A DNA stretch of 64,000 nt from Octopus bimaculoides (lineage: Eukaryota). Numbering within the stretch: position 1 is the stretch's first letter; each line of letters opens with the position of its first letter. Made by a program: the position numbers and the translations under genes. Location of the stretch: contig NC_068981.1 of assembly GCF_001194135.2 (NCBI RefSeq), positions 199,373,774 to 199,437,773 of the forward strand. The letters run 5' to 3'. Positions 1-12,699 of the stretch are shown in pieces. Below the pieces are notes generated by a model, which was given only the letters and a program-made list of their open reading frames with translations, had not been told where the DNA came from and made no database searches.

Positions 1-60
<60 letters not shown>
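1..60. repeat. (ATT)n microsatellite, 3' flank/target of the adjacent RLE element
   Basis: Pure ATT repeat. Confidence 0.95.
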
Positions 61-63
<3 letters not shown>

Positions 64-299
64 TATTTATATTTTTATAGCGTGCTTTCACTTCACTACT
101 GAGCGCAGCTCTGTGCGCCTTGGGTATGTGCTGTGGTTTGCTGTGGTGCTCTTATGGTTACTGTATTAAAAGTGTTTTGCGTAGGATGTGTGCAGTGCCC
201 AGTAGTGCAATTTTCTGTATGTTATATATATTTGTAAGTCCTGGTGTTTTTGTTATGTATTTGTCTGAATATTTTTTTATTATACCTAAGGCACCTACT
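61..299 (-). mobile_element. 5'-truncated R4/Dong-like RLE non-LTR retrotransposon (C-terminus + 3' UTR)
   Basis: Minus frame 298-158 reads VGALGIIKKYSDKYITKTPGLTNIYNIQKIALLGTAHILRKTLLIQ*, the RLE-type C-terminus, similar to QKIVLMGTAHILRKILSM at 48.6 kb. ATT arrays lie on both sides. Confidence 0.85.
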
Positions 300-1905
300 T
301 ATTATTATTATTATTATTATTATCATCTGACATTTTGTGCCATGCAGCAACCTTCTAGCTCAACTACAGGACATTGTTGATTACCTAATGAAACACTGGG
401 TATATGAACCTATTTTGGAATCACACAAGATTTTGGTCACACTTTGTAGAATAGCTTTGATGTAAGACTCTGAGAAAATACTACAAAATATTGCAAAATG
501 TTTGGAAATTCTATGGTGATAGTCAACATTTCCAACAAGAATTTGAGGAAATGGTAACAGAGGGCCAAAGTTGATATTAGAATGACATCATAGTTGTGTG
601 TTTTTATACTTTAGCTCTTTAAACTATGAAAAGAAATATTGGTGAAATCAGTAAAATAATGAATGGATGTTCAAATCCATTCAATTCTGAAGTTAACCTC
701 ATTGATTTTGTTGAGAAATCAATAAAATAATAAAATGGAAGAAGCATTTGGTTGAAGTAAAAATATAATCTTTATGGATATAGTTTTGGCTGTCTGGCTA
801 TGAGGTTTCTTACATAACTATGTAATTTCATTTGAACCCAGCAGAGAATTGAAATTATGGAGAGGAATTTCATAAACACCTGGGGTCCATTGGTGAGGTG
901 GGAGTAGATTTACTCATTCCCCTCATTTCACATCTCCCCACCACCACCGCCACCACCTGGTCCTTGGGTACCCTTTAACAGTGTCTACTCTGTTAAGATA
1001 GATCTGCTGTCAGAGAAAAACTTTTTCCCATCAGAGTGAAAGACTTTGAAAGGATCATGGGGCTGTTTCTTTCTTTTCTAACAAAGCCACAAAAAATTTT
1101 TTTAAATTTAAAAAAAAGAAGTTGCTTTGATAATTATTTTGCTTCCATTTAATCAGTTGAAACATTCAAATGGTGATGAATTTAGTTACAATTTTATGAA
1201 AAATAAAACCACAAAATATTTCCTTTTGGTAAATTTCCAGTGAAACATATTGAAATTCTCTTCAATATGTCTTGTTGCCACCATTCTATAAATCATTCCA
1301 TACTGACAATTTGGCTCAGATTTAATAAGAAACGACATTGGTTGTCATTCCACCTGTACACTGATTATTTTGTTTCTAAAATCTATTAAAGTTGAAAGGA
1401 GCAAAATCAAAATGGTGGTAAAAGTTTCAATTAGAAACCAGAAAAACAAAGAAATAAATGTCAAAAGTGTTTGTAGACCTACTGAGATATTGATTGCTTT
1501 ACACTTTAAACCATTTTGCAGATGTTATTGATTCTGGAGAACATCATTGTTTGGTTATTCTGAGTCTGTAATTCTTTCAACAAACTGACTGACCACAAAG
1601 AATACCAAACTTGAAGCTTCTGCTTTACTCCAAATTTATCATTTCTCGCTCTGACATTCTAGAATGCTCTTCTAATCAAAACAATCTTTGATTTTTCTTT
1701 CCTTAATTAAAATTCCATAACTATTTATTTCTGTTAGAAATTATAAAATGTTAAATAAGTTTCATACATTTTCACAGAGAACTAATTTTTTTTTGTGTGT
1801 ATACCTATATATGTATCTATGTATGTTTGAATGCATGAATCTTTCTTTCTCTCTCTCTCTCTCTCTCTCTCCATATATACATACACACGCACACACACAT
1901 ATATA

Positions 1906-2155
1906 TCATCATCATCATCATCATCTTTTAACGTCCGTTTTCCATGCTAGCATGGGTTGGACGGTTCAACCGGGGTCTGGGAAGCCAGGAGGCTGCACCA
2001 GGCTCCAGTCTGATCTGGCAGTGTTTCTACGGCTGGATGACCTTCCTAATGCCAACCACTCCAAGGGTGTAGTGGGTGCTTTTTACATGTCACCAACATG
2101 GGAGCCAGTCAGATGGCACTGGCATTGGCCACATTCGGATGGTGCTTTTTACAAT
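1906..2155 (-). mobile_element. RTE-like LINE 3' UTR copy with (CAT)n tail
   Basis: tttaacgtcc...catgggttggacg...ctacggctggatgaccttcctaatgccaaccactcc matches the UTR attached to the RT C-terminus at 5957-6450. Confidence 0.85.
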
Positions 2156-3810
2156 ATCTCTGTATGTGGCTGTCATTGATCTTACAAACTCTCCTCTGAA
2201 CTAATTTCTCAGCAACCATGAGATCTCAGACCATATTACTTTCTCAAAGACCTTCTATACATTCAGAAATTCTTAGCAAAGTAAAAGAGATTTCAAGAAG
2301 TTCACTACAGAGCTATGGGATTTGTGAGTGTGTGTTGGGGTGGATGGGTGATTCTTCTGTGTGGCACATCGGGCATGATAGTGTCTTCTGTTACAGCCTT
2401 TGGTCAACCAAAGCCATGCTAGGGAATTTCTTAGATGGAAACTGTGTGGAAGTTCATCAAAGAGACTGTTCTCAGAATGAACTTTATCTGTTGTTTGGTT
2501 TGAAATAAACAAATGTCCCTTATGTAGAGGAGGCCACTGCTCAGTTGAGGAAACTTTCTCCCTTCATTCCATGGAGTTCCTTAAAAGGGTTGTGGATGTT
2601 GACCTTTTTCTTATGACCAAACAATTAAAAGAGAAACAGCAAAAATTGTCATAGCGCAAAGCATTTTTGAGGTTTCAGGGGGCAAACATAGGTTCAACCA
2701 TTGCAGGTCTGCAATGAATTCGGCCAACATTAAAGGCATTTAAAGCATTCTTGAAAAATCACTGGAAACAATATTTATACAATCAAATTTTCCAATTCAG
2801 AGATGAAAGTAGAAGTTGAATTCATTTTACACAAATAACTTTTACAAAAATATTTCATGGAATGTGAAAGGTTATCAAAAAGAGACTTAAATCTTTATCT
2901 TTCTTCATAGCAAAAAAAAAAAATTCATATTTATCTCGACAGTAATTCTTTATGTAGAATTTCTGAGAAAAGAATCTAGTTGCTTTATCATCTTATTAGC
3001 TGACTAAAGTGACTTGATACAGCTTTTCAACAAAGTATAAGCTGCTTAGCAAGATTTCATTTAAATAATTAAAAGAAGAATGATTCAGAATATTAACTAT
3101 CTTCCTTTTTCTTTCTTTTAAACCAAACTTTTATTATGTGGTCTTTTTCTGTTGTATTTTGCTAAATTATTAATAATATTTCAGAATTAGCTAACTTTAG
3201 AAATGGCTTTGAAAAAGAATGAAAATCTAACTTAATCCCTGTTTTAAAGAAAGAATGCAATTAGTGGGAGTTGCTATTCTATACTTAATTCTCCCTTATA
3301 TTTCTTATTTTATCTCAGTTTAATGTCCATTCTTTCATGACGGCCTGACTGACTTGATATGCAGAACAGTGTATCTCAATTTGTCTGTGAGTCCTAACAT
3401 TAAGGAGTTTCAGCAATATGACCTCACAACTTGTTCCCATGTCTTCTCTTTCCCTTCAATTATCTCCAGTTTTCCAGAAAATAAAAATTATAGCACAGAA
3501 TTTTGTCAGTGAACAGGTCGCGGTCTCAAAGTGACGAAAATATTTTGACAAATTAAATTTAAATGTTGAAGTGAATCTAACGGATTCTGTGTGTTATTTT
3601 AAATGGCTTACAAACACCTTCCACGCTGCAAAAATTATGAGTTATATCACAAATTGTGAGAAAAAAAAGTGTTGTTTGTCAGAGGTTTTATAATAAGTCA
3701 TTGGTTCACTGTGTTTATGGCATTGAGAGTGACAAGGGATTTTGTTTCAAATGCACTATTTTGGGGTTTTCTCATTGATATTCAGCTCCTTAACTGATTT
3801 ATAATGATCT

Positions 3811-3853
3811 ATGTATGTATGTATGTATGTATGTATGTATGTATGTAGAAATG

Positions 3854-3898
<45 letters not shown>

Positions 3899-3925
3899 GT
3901 TTATCTATCTATCTATCTATCTATA

Positions 3926-3979
<54 letters not shown>

Positions 3980-4010
3980 CCTACCTACTTACCTACCTAC
4001 TTACCTACCT
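3811..4010. repeat. Compound (ATGT)n/(ATCT)n/(ACCT)n microsatellite
   Basis: Direct reading. Confidence 0.95.
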
Positions 4011-4034
4011 GCAACTATCCGTTATGGGTAGGAT

Positions 4035-4283
4035 ATCATCATCATCGTCGTTTAACGTCCACTTTCCATGCTGGCATGGGTTGGACGGTTTGACTGAGGG
4101 CTGGCAAGCCAGAAGGCTGCACCAGTCTCCAATCTGATCTGGCAAAGTTTCTACAGCTGGATGTCCTTCCTAACGCCAACCACTCCAAGAGTGTAGTGGG
4201 TGCTTTTACGTGTCACCTGCACAGGAGCCAGTCTGGCAGTACTGGCAACAACCACACCCGAATGGTGCTTTTTTACGTGCCAC
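4035..4283 (-). mobile_element. RTE-like LINE 3' UTR copy
   Basis: Same family motif and (CAT)n tail as 1906-2155. Confidence 0.85.
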
Positions 4284-4562
4284 CAGCAGATCTTTCCAAC
4301 ACTACTCAGAGATGATATAAAGATGATATAAAGTATCACAGATGGTATAAAGTCTGATTCTGAAATCAAAGTCTTGATGTGAGGCAAAGATATTTGGAGG
4401 AAGAGAAGGAAAAATGTTAGTTTTGTTTACAGATAACTGATGATGATGATGACAATGACGATGATGACAACGATGACGACGACACTGATAAACGGATGCA
4501 GTAAGTGCAAGAGAAATGACTGTATTGGTTGCAGCTGCTGATAGTATCCATGTTGAACTTAC

Positions 4563-4688
4563 TTGACCACATGATCCAGTAAGGGAACTTGCAATCTGAA
4601 TATAATATCCAGAATACATTTGTGTACGAGAATAAAATAAACCACGAAGCTGCCATTTTTTAAATTTCATGTTTGTTACAAATTGTTT
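4563..4688 (-). CDS. Candidate internal coding exon, unidentified protein
   Basis: ttattgatcacAG|126 nt|GTAAGT; phase 0-0; only one frame open: KQFVTNMKFKKWQLRGLFYSRTQMYSGYYIQIASSLTGSCGQ. No TE similarity recognised. Confidence 0.35.
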
Positions 4689-5087
4689 CTGTGATCAATA
4701 ATCGAGGCCAATGAATAATCACAAATTACAAATTACAATTGATTCATTGTATTGATCAATGATTGCTTCATCAGATAGGGTTGAAATAGAAATAGAACAC
4801 AAACAAGCAGTATACTTTAATACCCAAGAAGTGTGTCAACCAACGGGAATGGGGAAGGTGAGATGGGGTTAGGGGGTAGTTACAAAAACTTGCTCCTACC
4901 AACCCATCCAACCCATGCCAGCAAGGAAAATGGATGTAAAATGATGATGTTGATGATGATGAATCAGCCAAAGCCTGACGTGAGCTGCTGGGGAAGGAAT
5001 CAAATTGGGAGCATTGACTTAAATGCCTTGCATGATAAAGGAGTTGTCTACACACACACGGAGACACACACACACACATATATATAC

Positions 5088-5128
<41 letters not shown>

Positions 5129-5419
5129 TGCCTATGTAATAACACACACAAATGCTCACACAGCTGCTTCGAAGCAGGAAACGACACCAGGTTTATGACT
5201 CATTCTCTTTCTCAGTGAATCCGAGGACGACTAAAAGCATCTCCAGTTGACTCAAATTCCTCATCACCAAAGATTCACAGACACCAGACATCAGTGATAT
5301 TCGTAACTATCATGAAGTTGACCAAGACAGTCCAGATAATGTTGTATTACACTAATTATAAAGTAAATGAAATCAACAAGTCTAGATAAGATTCTTTTCA
5401 ATGTCTGCAGCCTTTAAGC

Positions 5420-5560
5420 AGGGCCCAGTTTCCATCAAACTCTTTAATTATTTTCTTATCAAAGAATCGAGAAATTTTGTGGAACATATTTGAGAAAAGA
5501 AATTTGTTTGGTTGTCCCAACGATCTCTTGATAACACTCATCTCTGACACCACTAAAGGA
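5420..5560 (+). pseudogene. Very degraded RTE reverse-transcriptase fragment
   Basis: NREILWNIFEKRNLFGCPNDLLITLI resembles the RTE motif NR-ALW-IL--GCP-KF seen at 29.9 kb. Confidence 0.4.
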
Positions 5561-5956
5561 ACCGAAATAATACCAAAACAGATCAACACTATCGACTCTT
5601 GCAGTCTGACATTAATCAGTTGATAATGTATTATATAGAGTTTAATAATGGGGAACGATACTGCATGATATACACATACATGCATGCAAACATGCACACA
5701 CATGCACACACATGCACACACATGCCCACACAGTACATATGATATGTTGTTTGGTAACATATGTGAAAATATTGTAAGTGTATCAAAGTGAGAGAAGTGA
5801 TGGTATATTAAAAAGTACGTTGTATTATGACATTTTTATCATCATCATCGTCATCATCATCATCATCATTATTGTCATCATCTTCATCCTCTTTCTCGTC
5901 ATCGTCATCGTTGTCGTCATCATCATCATCATCATCATCATTATCATCATCATCAT

Positions 5957-6450
5957 CTGAACATTAGAAGCATCAGTTGTGGTGTGCAAGAGAGACGATT
6001 GCGCTGGTATGGACATGTGGTGAGAATGGATGAGGATAGCTGCGTGAAAAAGTGCCACACCCTAACAGTTGAGGGAACCCGTGGAAGAGGTAGGCCCAGG
6101 AAGACCTGGGCTGAGGTGGTGAGGCAAGACCTTCGTACATTGGGCCTCACCGAGGCGATGACTACTGACCGAGACCTTTGGAAATGTGCTGTGCGTGAGA
6201 AGACCCGGCAAGCCAAGTAAGATCGTTGCCAGTGCCCCTGGACTGGCTCTTGTGCGGGTGGCACATGAGACGTAAAAGCACCCACTACACTCTCTGAGTG
6301 GTTGGCGTTAGGAAGGGCATCCAGCTGTAGAAACTCTGCCAAATTAGATTGGAGCCTGGTGTTGCCATCCGGTTTCACCAGTCCTCAGTCAAATCGTCCA
6401 ACCCATGCTAGCATGGAAAGCGGACGTTAAACGATGATGATGATGATGAT
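5957..6450 (+). mobile_element. 5'-truncated RTE-like LINE (RT C-terminus, 3' UTR, (GAT)n tail)
   Basis: QERRLRWYGHVVRMDEDSCVKKCHTLTVEGTRGRGRPRKTW...DRDLWKCAVREKTRQAK* followed by a UTR ending ggaaagcggacgttaaacgatgatgat. Confidence 0.9.
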
Positions 6451-6473
6451 CATCATCATCATCATCATCATCA

Positions 6474-6525
<52 letters not shown>

Positions 6526-7435
6526 CATCATCATCATCAGGTAATCAGTGTGTATACACTTATACATGTTAGAAAGGTTTATGTTATTCAGATTGTGGAA
6601 GCAAAAATGTAATATCCTTAAGTTGTTTATATTGAAACAGCATAAAATCACCAAGGAAAAGAATTATCCCTTAATAAATAAGAATTATGATTGATTGGAT
6701 GTATTCAACACATCTAATTAAATATGTGTTCCTTCAATATTCTTTGTGAGGAGATGAATAAATTTGCTTCTAACACTGGAGCAGAGCATCATTGTTCCTT
6801 ATAAAAAGATGTTAATTCATAATTCCATAGAACCCAATTTTTATTTACTGTTAGTTAGCAATATATAAAGAGAAGCAAATCTTTTCTCACTGCCTACCGT
6901 TAATATTCTGTCTTTCATTCCTATGGCTTAGACTTTTCAGGCACTCAGCCACAGAAATAATTGGCAAGTATTAAACGAGATCAGAGAGTTCAGTTCTTTA
7001 TTTTCATTGCAAGAAGAAAGAGACAAAACTGCAGGAAATATTGCAGTCATTCGTGAAAGTTTCATTATAATGTGAAATCTTTCAGTATTGCAACACAATA
7101 ACTTTGTGATTTATGATGGAATTCTTGTAAGTTAGAAATTGAAATAAAATTGATGAAAGCAACAATCAGAACTCATAGAATTCAGTCGACAGAGATACTA
7201 TATTCTAATTCTAACTTTTGTTATGAAGACAGATTATTCAAATATGAAGACCAGCTTTTCAAATGCTAAAAAAGGCCTTCCTCGTTCCAGCCCGCTTCCA
7301 GATTCTCTAATGCCCTGTCACACTTCCTTTGATGTTCTGTCCCTTGGTTCACTGTGTCTGCTGTATTCATTGTGTGGTCACTGATTAAAGCATAAAGCCA
7401 ATAGCAGCATATAGAATGGCATATATATATATGAG

Positions 7436-8105
7436 CATCATCATCATCGTCATGGCTTGACATCCATATTCCATGCTAACAAAAGCCAGATGGTTTGACA
7501 TGGATCTGTTGAGTCCAAGTTCTGCATTGCACTCCATTGTCTACATTGCTATGGTTTCTTCAGCTGGATGCTCTTCCTAATGCCAAACACTTTATGTTGT
7601 GTGCTGGGTGCTTCTTTGTTTTTGTTTTTTTTTTGTATGACTGTCACTATATTTTTGTAGAAGTATTTTTTATGGTCTCACTTGGCTTGCTGGGTCTTCT
7701 CATGCACAGTATATTTCCTAAGGTCTTGGTCACTAGTCATTGCCTCGGTGAAGCCTAATGTTCGAAGGTCGTGCTTCACCACCTCATCCCAGGTCTTCCT
7801 GCGTCTACCTCTTCCACAGGTTCCCTCCACTGTTAGGGTGTGGCACTTTTTCACACAGCTGTCCTCATCCATATGTATCACATGACCATACCAGCGCAAT
7901 TGTCTCTCTTGCACACCACATCTGATGCTTCTTAGGTCTAACTTTTCTCTCAAGATACTTACACTCTGTCGAGTATGCACACTGACATTACACATCCATC
8001 GGAGCATACTGGCTTCATTCCTTGCAAGCTTACGCATGTCCTCAGCAGTCATGGCCCATGTTTCACTGCCATGTAGCATGGCTGTTCATACACATGCGTC
8101 ATACA
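7436..8105 (-). mobile_element. 5'-truncated RTE-like LINE
   Basis: ORF 7678-8079 MLHGSETWAMTAEDMRKL...RQLRWYGHVIHM...GRGRRRKTWDEVV, degraded UTR and CAT tail. Confidence 0.9.
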
Positions 8106-8289
8106 GTTTGTTCATAAGTATATTTTGTGAATCATGTGTTGCCATGAATATGTGTTATGAATGTTATACACAACTGTGCATTTTAGAAGTGCAGCATGAG
8201 TTCCTGGGAGTATATGTTTGTATTGCATATTGTGCATGTAACCAATATCCAAAACCTTATCCAGGTTGGATAGGTGGCAGGGTAGGTGA

Positions 8290-9130
8290 GGGGATCATAC
8301 TTGAAATTTCAAAGTTTAAATTGTTGTTTACACATACAAGGGGAGAAGCTTTCTTGCCTAATGTTCAAAATGTTTGTTGTTGATGTTATGACATTTGATT
8401 TCTTTGTGATACAAAGGTTGCATCTGTTTCCTTGTTGCCTTTATTTGCTGACCTTAGCTATGATGTTCCAGTTTATATAGGAGTTGCCTATGCCACTGCC
8501 TTTAAGGGTCAATACCATATTGGATAAAGATGTTGCATGTCTTTTGTTTTATCTCTGAATGAAGCCAAGTGTTGTGCACTTTTCCTTGAAGGTATTTCCA
8601 GGCATTCCAATTTATTGTTCTGTCTGTGTCAGTGACGTTGGTCTTATACATCAATTCTTTTTCTAAATGCATATTGTTCGGAAGACAGTTACTGGGGAAT
8701 CTACAATTACATGGTCTTTGAGGGATGCTCCTAATGTTATTGAAAAATCCTTGATCCTGTCTGCATCTGTTTGGCCTACCTAAATTTGATTCGATATAGG
8801 TTATATTGTTCTTAAAATTGAACCTTTCTAATGTGACACTGTAATATGACTTAGCAAATTATTGATAACTGTAACCATATTTCTATGGAAGATCGTATTA
8901 ATGTGAGTGTGGGAAGAGTGGGTGTCTATAAGTTCCAGGAACCATTTGCTATATTTGTAGCCCAGTCCATTCTATGTGGAAGATTGTACCACGAAATTTT
9001 CCTATGATTATGTCTTTTGTGGCCTATCTAAATTTGTTTCTATATAAGTTATATTGTTCTTAAAATTGGATCTTTCTAATCTGATGCAGCAACATGACCC
9101 AGAAAATATAGAAAATATTGATGTTATGAA
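8290..9130 (-). mobile_element. Penelope-like element relic (GIY-YIG endonuclease region)
   Basis: Frameshifted minus translation: CNCRFPSNCL...IGMPGNTFKEK...HATSLSNMVLTLK...INWNIIAKV...RCNLCITKK...LNIRQE, collinear with the GIY-YIG at 25.7 kb. Contains an internal partial duplication (8773 vs 9021). Confidence 0.7.
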
Positions 9131-9324
9131 GCATGAAAATCTAAATCTGGGAGGGTGAGGATGATATGATTTTATCTGCTTTATTAAAAAATATATTAAT
9201 TATATTAAATATTAGCATGTCTAATATATATATAATACGTAAATGACATGATACATACAAACATATGTATACGCATCTGTGTGTTTGTATGCATATCATA
9301 ATTTTCCATCAAATTTATGCATAA

Positions 9325-9390
9325 GCTACAAGGCGGCACTGCTGCATGGCTACATTCAAATAACTGAAACAAGTAAAACAGTTCACCAGA
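9325..9390 (+). mobile_element. SINE family A 3' fragment
   Basis: aaggcggcactgctgcatggctacattcaaataactgaaacaagtaaaa matches the tail of 20675-21090. Confidence 0.6.
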
Positions 9391-9550
9391 ATTGCCCTCA
9401 GACGTTGATGTGTTCATATGCAGAGGAATGAAACATCAAATAGATTAAAATGTTGTTATTATTAACATGCTTCTAAAGATTGTTTTGCAAATTTTTGAGA
9501 AGAAAGCATAGAAGAAAAAAAAATCATTGTTTTGGTGAAGAATATAAACA

Positions 9551-9601
<51 letters not shown>

Positions 9602-9849
9602 GCTTATTAATATGCTGCTTTAACTGTGTGTGATTTACAGAGCCATTTACTCTATCATATAATTTATTGCAATATTTACACTAATGTCTTGTCCACTGCA
9701 GCATTCACACTTTGATCTGCTGGAATCTTTTTATTATATAATGCAGTTTAACTAGGAATTTATGCAGGATTATAAAAACAAAATTGTAGCATAGGTTTTA
9801 TTAATTGTTATTGCATTACCAACACATTAACACGTTGAATGAAAAAGTA

Positions 9850-10210
9850 TGGTAAACTGTAGCAGACTACAAATGCTGTTCTATACTGTAGACTGTGATG
9901 AACTATGGTAGACAACACTGTAGTAAACTACTGCAAAGTGTACATAGCTGTAAGCTGTGGTAGCCTGCACTCTATGGTTACCTGCAGTAGACTACAGATA
10001 CCATGTGAAAACCTTGTAGACTGTGACAGACTGCAGTAGTAACCTATGGTAGAGTGTGAACTTGAGTAAATTATGCTAGACTACAGATGCTGTAGTAAAA
10101 TGTTGACAGACTGTTAGATTGTGGCAGATGCAATGTAGTGGGAAATTACAGTAGACAAACACTGTGAGAAACTGTAGTAGACTGCATAGTGTAGTAAACA
10201 GGTTGGACTG
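9850..10210. repeat. Degenerate tandem array rich in actgtag/tagact motifs
   Basis: Recurrent ctgtag, gtagac and actaca words at short irregular spacing. Confidence 0.6.
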
Positions 10211-10439
10211 TGGGATTCTTACCTTTTTGTATCTTAAGAGTATGTTCTAACATCTCATGAACATTAGTATCTTCTTTCTAGCTTTTCCCATCTATTCCTA
10301 TATAATATGGGGTGAATCTCTTATACAGCAAGAAGAAACACATAGCTGCCCCATATTGCTCGACAGATGGCAAAAAGCCACCTCCACTCCACTCTACTAG
10401 CTCCACTCAGTTGAGTGGGTTTCTTCTTTTTCTTTGACT

Positions 10440-10700
10440 TGAAAGTCCGTGGTGACCCTTACTAGTGCTGGTATCATGAAAAGCAGCACATCCAGTACAT
10501 AGTGTTAAGTGGTTGGCAGTAGGAAGGGCACCCAACGACAGAAACCAAGCCAAAACAGACATTGCAGCTCAATGCAGCCATTTGGCTTGATGGACTCTGC
10601 CAACCCATCCAACTCATGTCAACATGGAAAAAGGACATTAAATGATGATGGTGGTGGTGGTGGTGGTGGTGGTGGTGATGATGATGATGATGATGATAAT
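10440..10700 (+). mobile_element. Degraded RTE-like 3' UTR copy followed by (GGT)n/(GAT)n
   Basis: gtggttggcagtaggaagggcacc...ccaactcatgtcaacatggaaaaaggacattaaatgatgat. Confidence 0.75.
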
Positions 10701-11515
10701 GATGATGATGATGATGATTGTGGTGTTAATGATTTTGAGGAGGAGGAAGAAGTTTGTGATGATATCAATTATGATGATGATGATGACGACGACAATGGTG
10801 ATGATGATGATGGTGTAATATAATCAAAGAGACTATTTTACAAATTTGAACTTTTTAGCAAAATGTTGTCATATATCTGAGCATTAATGGTTCTGTTGGG
10901 ACTTTGATGATGAGAAGATTTTATCCGGAAATCCTCAGAATCAATGGAAGTCTTCTTACTGCCAGGATTGTGACTTTTGCCTTCAATCGACCGGAAGAAC
11001 ATTTGGAACTATTAACATTCAGATTATGACGGCTTCATAATTTTCCAAGCTGAAATTATCCAGGGACGTCTTTATTTCATTGTTGTTGTTTTCCCTTTTT
11101 CTGAACAGACAGACATATTTACAATCACTCAATATACAACTGTTTGTAACCATGTGTTTGGATAGGTTCTGTGAATGCAACTATGTCTTTGGTAAATTGC
11201 TTTCTTGCATCATTTAATTGCTGTCTGCTTTTAATAATTGACAAAAAGATGAGAAATTTTCATCAGCTCATGATTTCTGTTTTTTTTTTTTTGCTTTTCC
11301 AGAAATATTTTACTCTTTACTTGCTTCATGTTAATCTCATCTTTATTTCTTGCAAAGATCAATCTTATGTGAATTTCTTTGTTGGTGTTTTTTGGGTGCT
11401 TACACAAAATTTTGGGTCAAAAATTCTCTTAGAACTTTCTTAATATTAATGTTGTCTATTTTCCTTTTGCATTTAGAAATATTGATTTTAGTTAAGTGAT
11501 CTCTGATATATATAT

Positions 11516-11672
11516 GGTTGTGTGGTGAGAAGCTTGCTTCCCAGCCACATGGTTCCAGGTTCAGTCCCACTGTATGGCACTTTGGGCAAGTGTCTTCTAT
11601 TATAGCCTCAGGCCAACCAAAGCCTTGTGAGTGGATTTGGTAAATGGAAACTGAACGAAGCCCATCGTATAT
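11516..11672 (+). mobile_element. tRNA-derived SINE family A, 5' half
   Basis: A-box-like TGGTTGTGTGG, B-box-like GGTTCAGTCCC, then ttgggcaagtgtcttct...gtggatttggtaaatggaaactg; matches 44636-45063. Confidence 0.8.
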
Positions 11673-11680
11673 GTGTGTGT

Positions 11681-11932
11681 ATCATCATCATCATCATCAT
11701 TGTTTAACGTCCATTTTCCATGCTGGCATGGGTTGGACGGTTCAACCGGGGTCTGGGAAGCCAGAAGGCTGCACCAGGCTCCAGTCTGATCTGAAAGCGT
11801 TTCTACAGCTGGATGCCCTCTTTAACACTAACCACTCCAAGAGTGTAGTGGGTGCTTTTTACGTGCCACCGGCATGGAAGCCAGTCAAGGCAGCACTGGC
11901 ATTGGCCACGTTCGGATGGTGGTTTTTACGTT
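11681..11932 (-). mobile_element. RTE-like LINE 3' UTR copy
   Basis: Near-identical to 1906-2155. Confidence 0.85.
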
Positions 11933-12412
11933 TCAGATTGGTTTTATGACCAAATACGATAAATATTTTAGCATATCAATGGCAAATACCATACAATATT
12001 GGAAGCAGAAACAGCTGTTAGATGGGGTGCAGTTTATTTGTATTGAATTAAAAAATAATAATTGATGTAAGTCAATTGTTGTTCATCAATATTTCTCCAT
12101 TTTCTGTCTTCTTTAAATTTTGATTCTTGATAAACTCATGTTTATCCTTGTTTTTACCTGTAATTTATGAACATAATATGCCTGCATATGTATGCTCATG
12201 GTTAAACATGGGTAATATATCGGTAGTGTAATGAATACGTCTATCCCTTACACGGTTATATATATAACATAATATGGTAAAAATTCGATATTAATTAATA
12301 TCAATTTAATACCAGGAAACTAGCACATTAAAAGAATCAGAAGGTTCAGGAAAAAATTTTTGGGAGATCCTCAAAGGATTATAGTACTTGTGTATATAAA
12401 ATTGACCAGTAA

Positions 12413-12494
12413 CTGGTCTGTCAATATGCTAGAAGAAGATCACTTTATATGAGAATTTTTAAAGTGATCTTCTTCTAGCATATTGACAGACCAG
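12413..12494. repeat. Perfect 35-bp inverted repeat, 12-nt loop, abutting an N-gap
   Basis: ctggtctgtcaatatgctagaagaagatcacttta / taaagtgatcttcttctagcatattgacagaccag. Confidence 0.9.
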
Positions 12495-12699
12495 NNNNNN
12501 NNNNATATATATATATATATATATAGGTATATAGGTATATATGTACGCATATATGCATCTCACTATCTGTCTACCTATCTATCTAAGACATCCCATGAAT
12601 TAACTATCCAGACATTGTGACTTACATAGACCTCTCAACCAAAGTCAAGCTAGGACCTATTGTCCAATAAATAGTGAGATGTAAAGTAGAGATGGATAG

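Noticed and set aside
5398-5605. Hydrophobic minus-strand ORF resembling a membrane protein
   Set aside because: Better explained as the antisense of a decayed RTE RT fragment.
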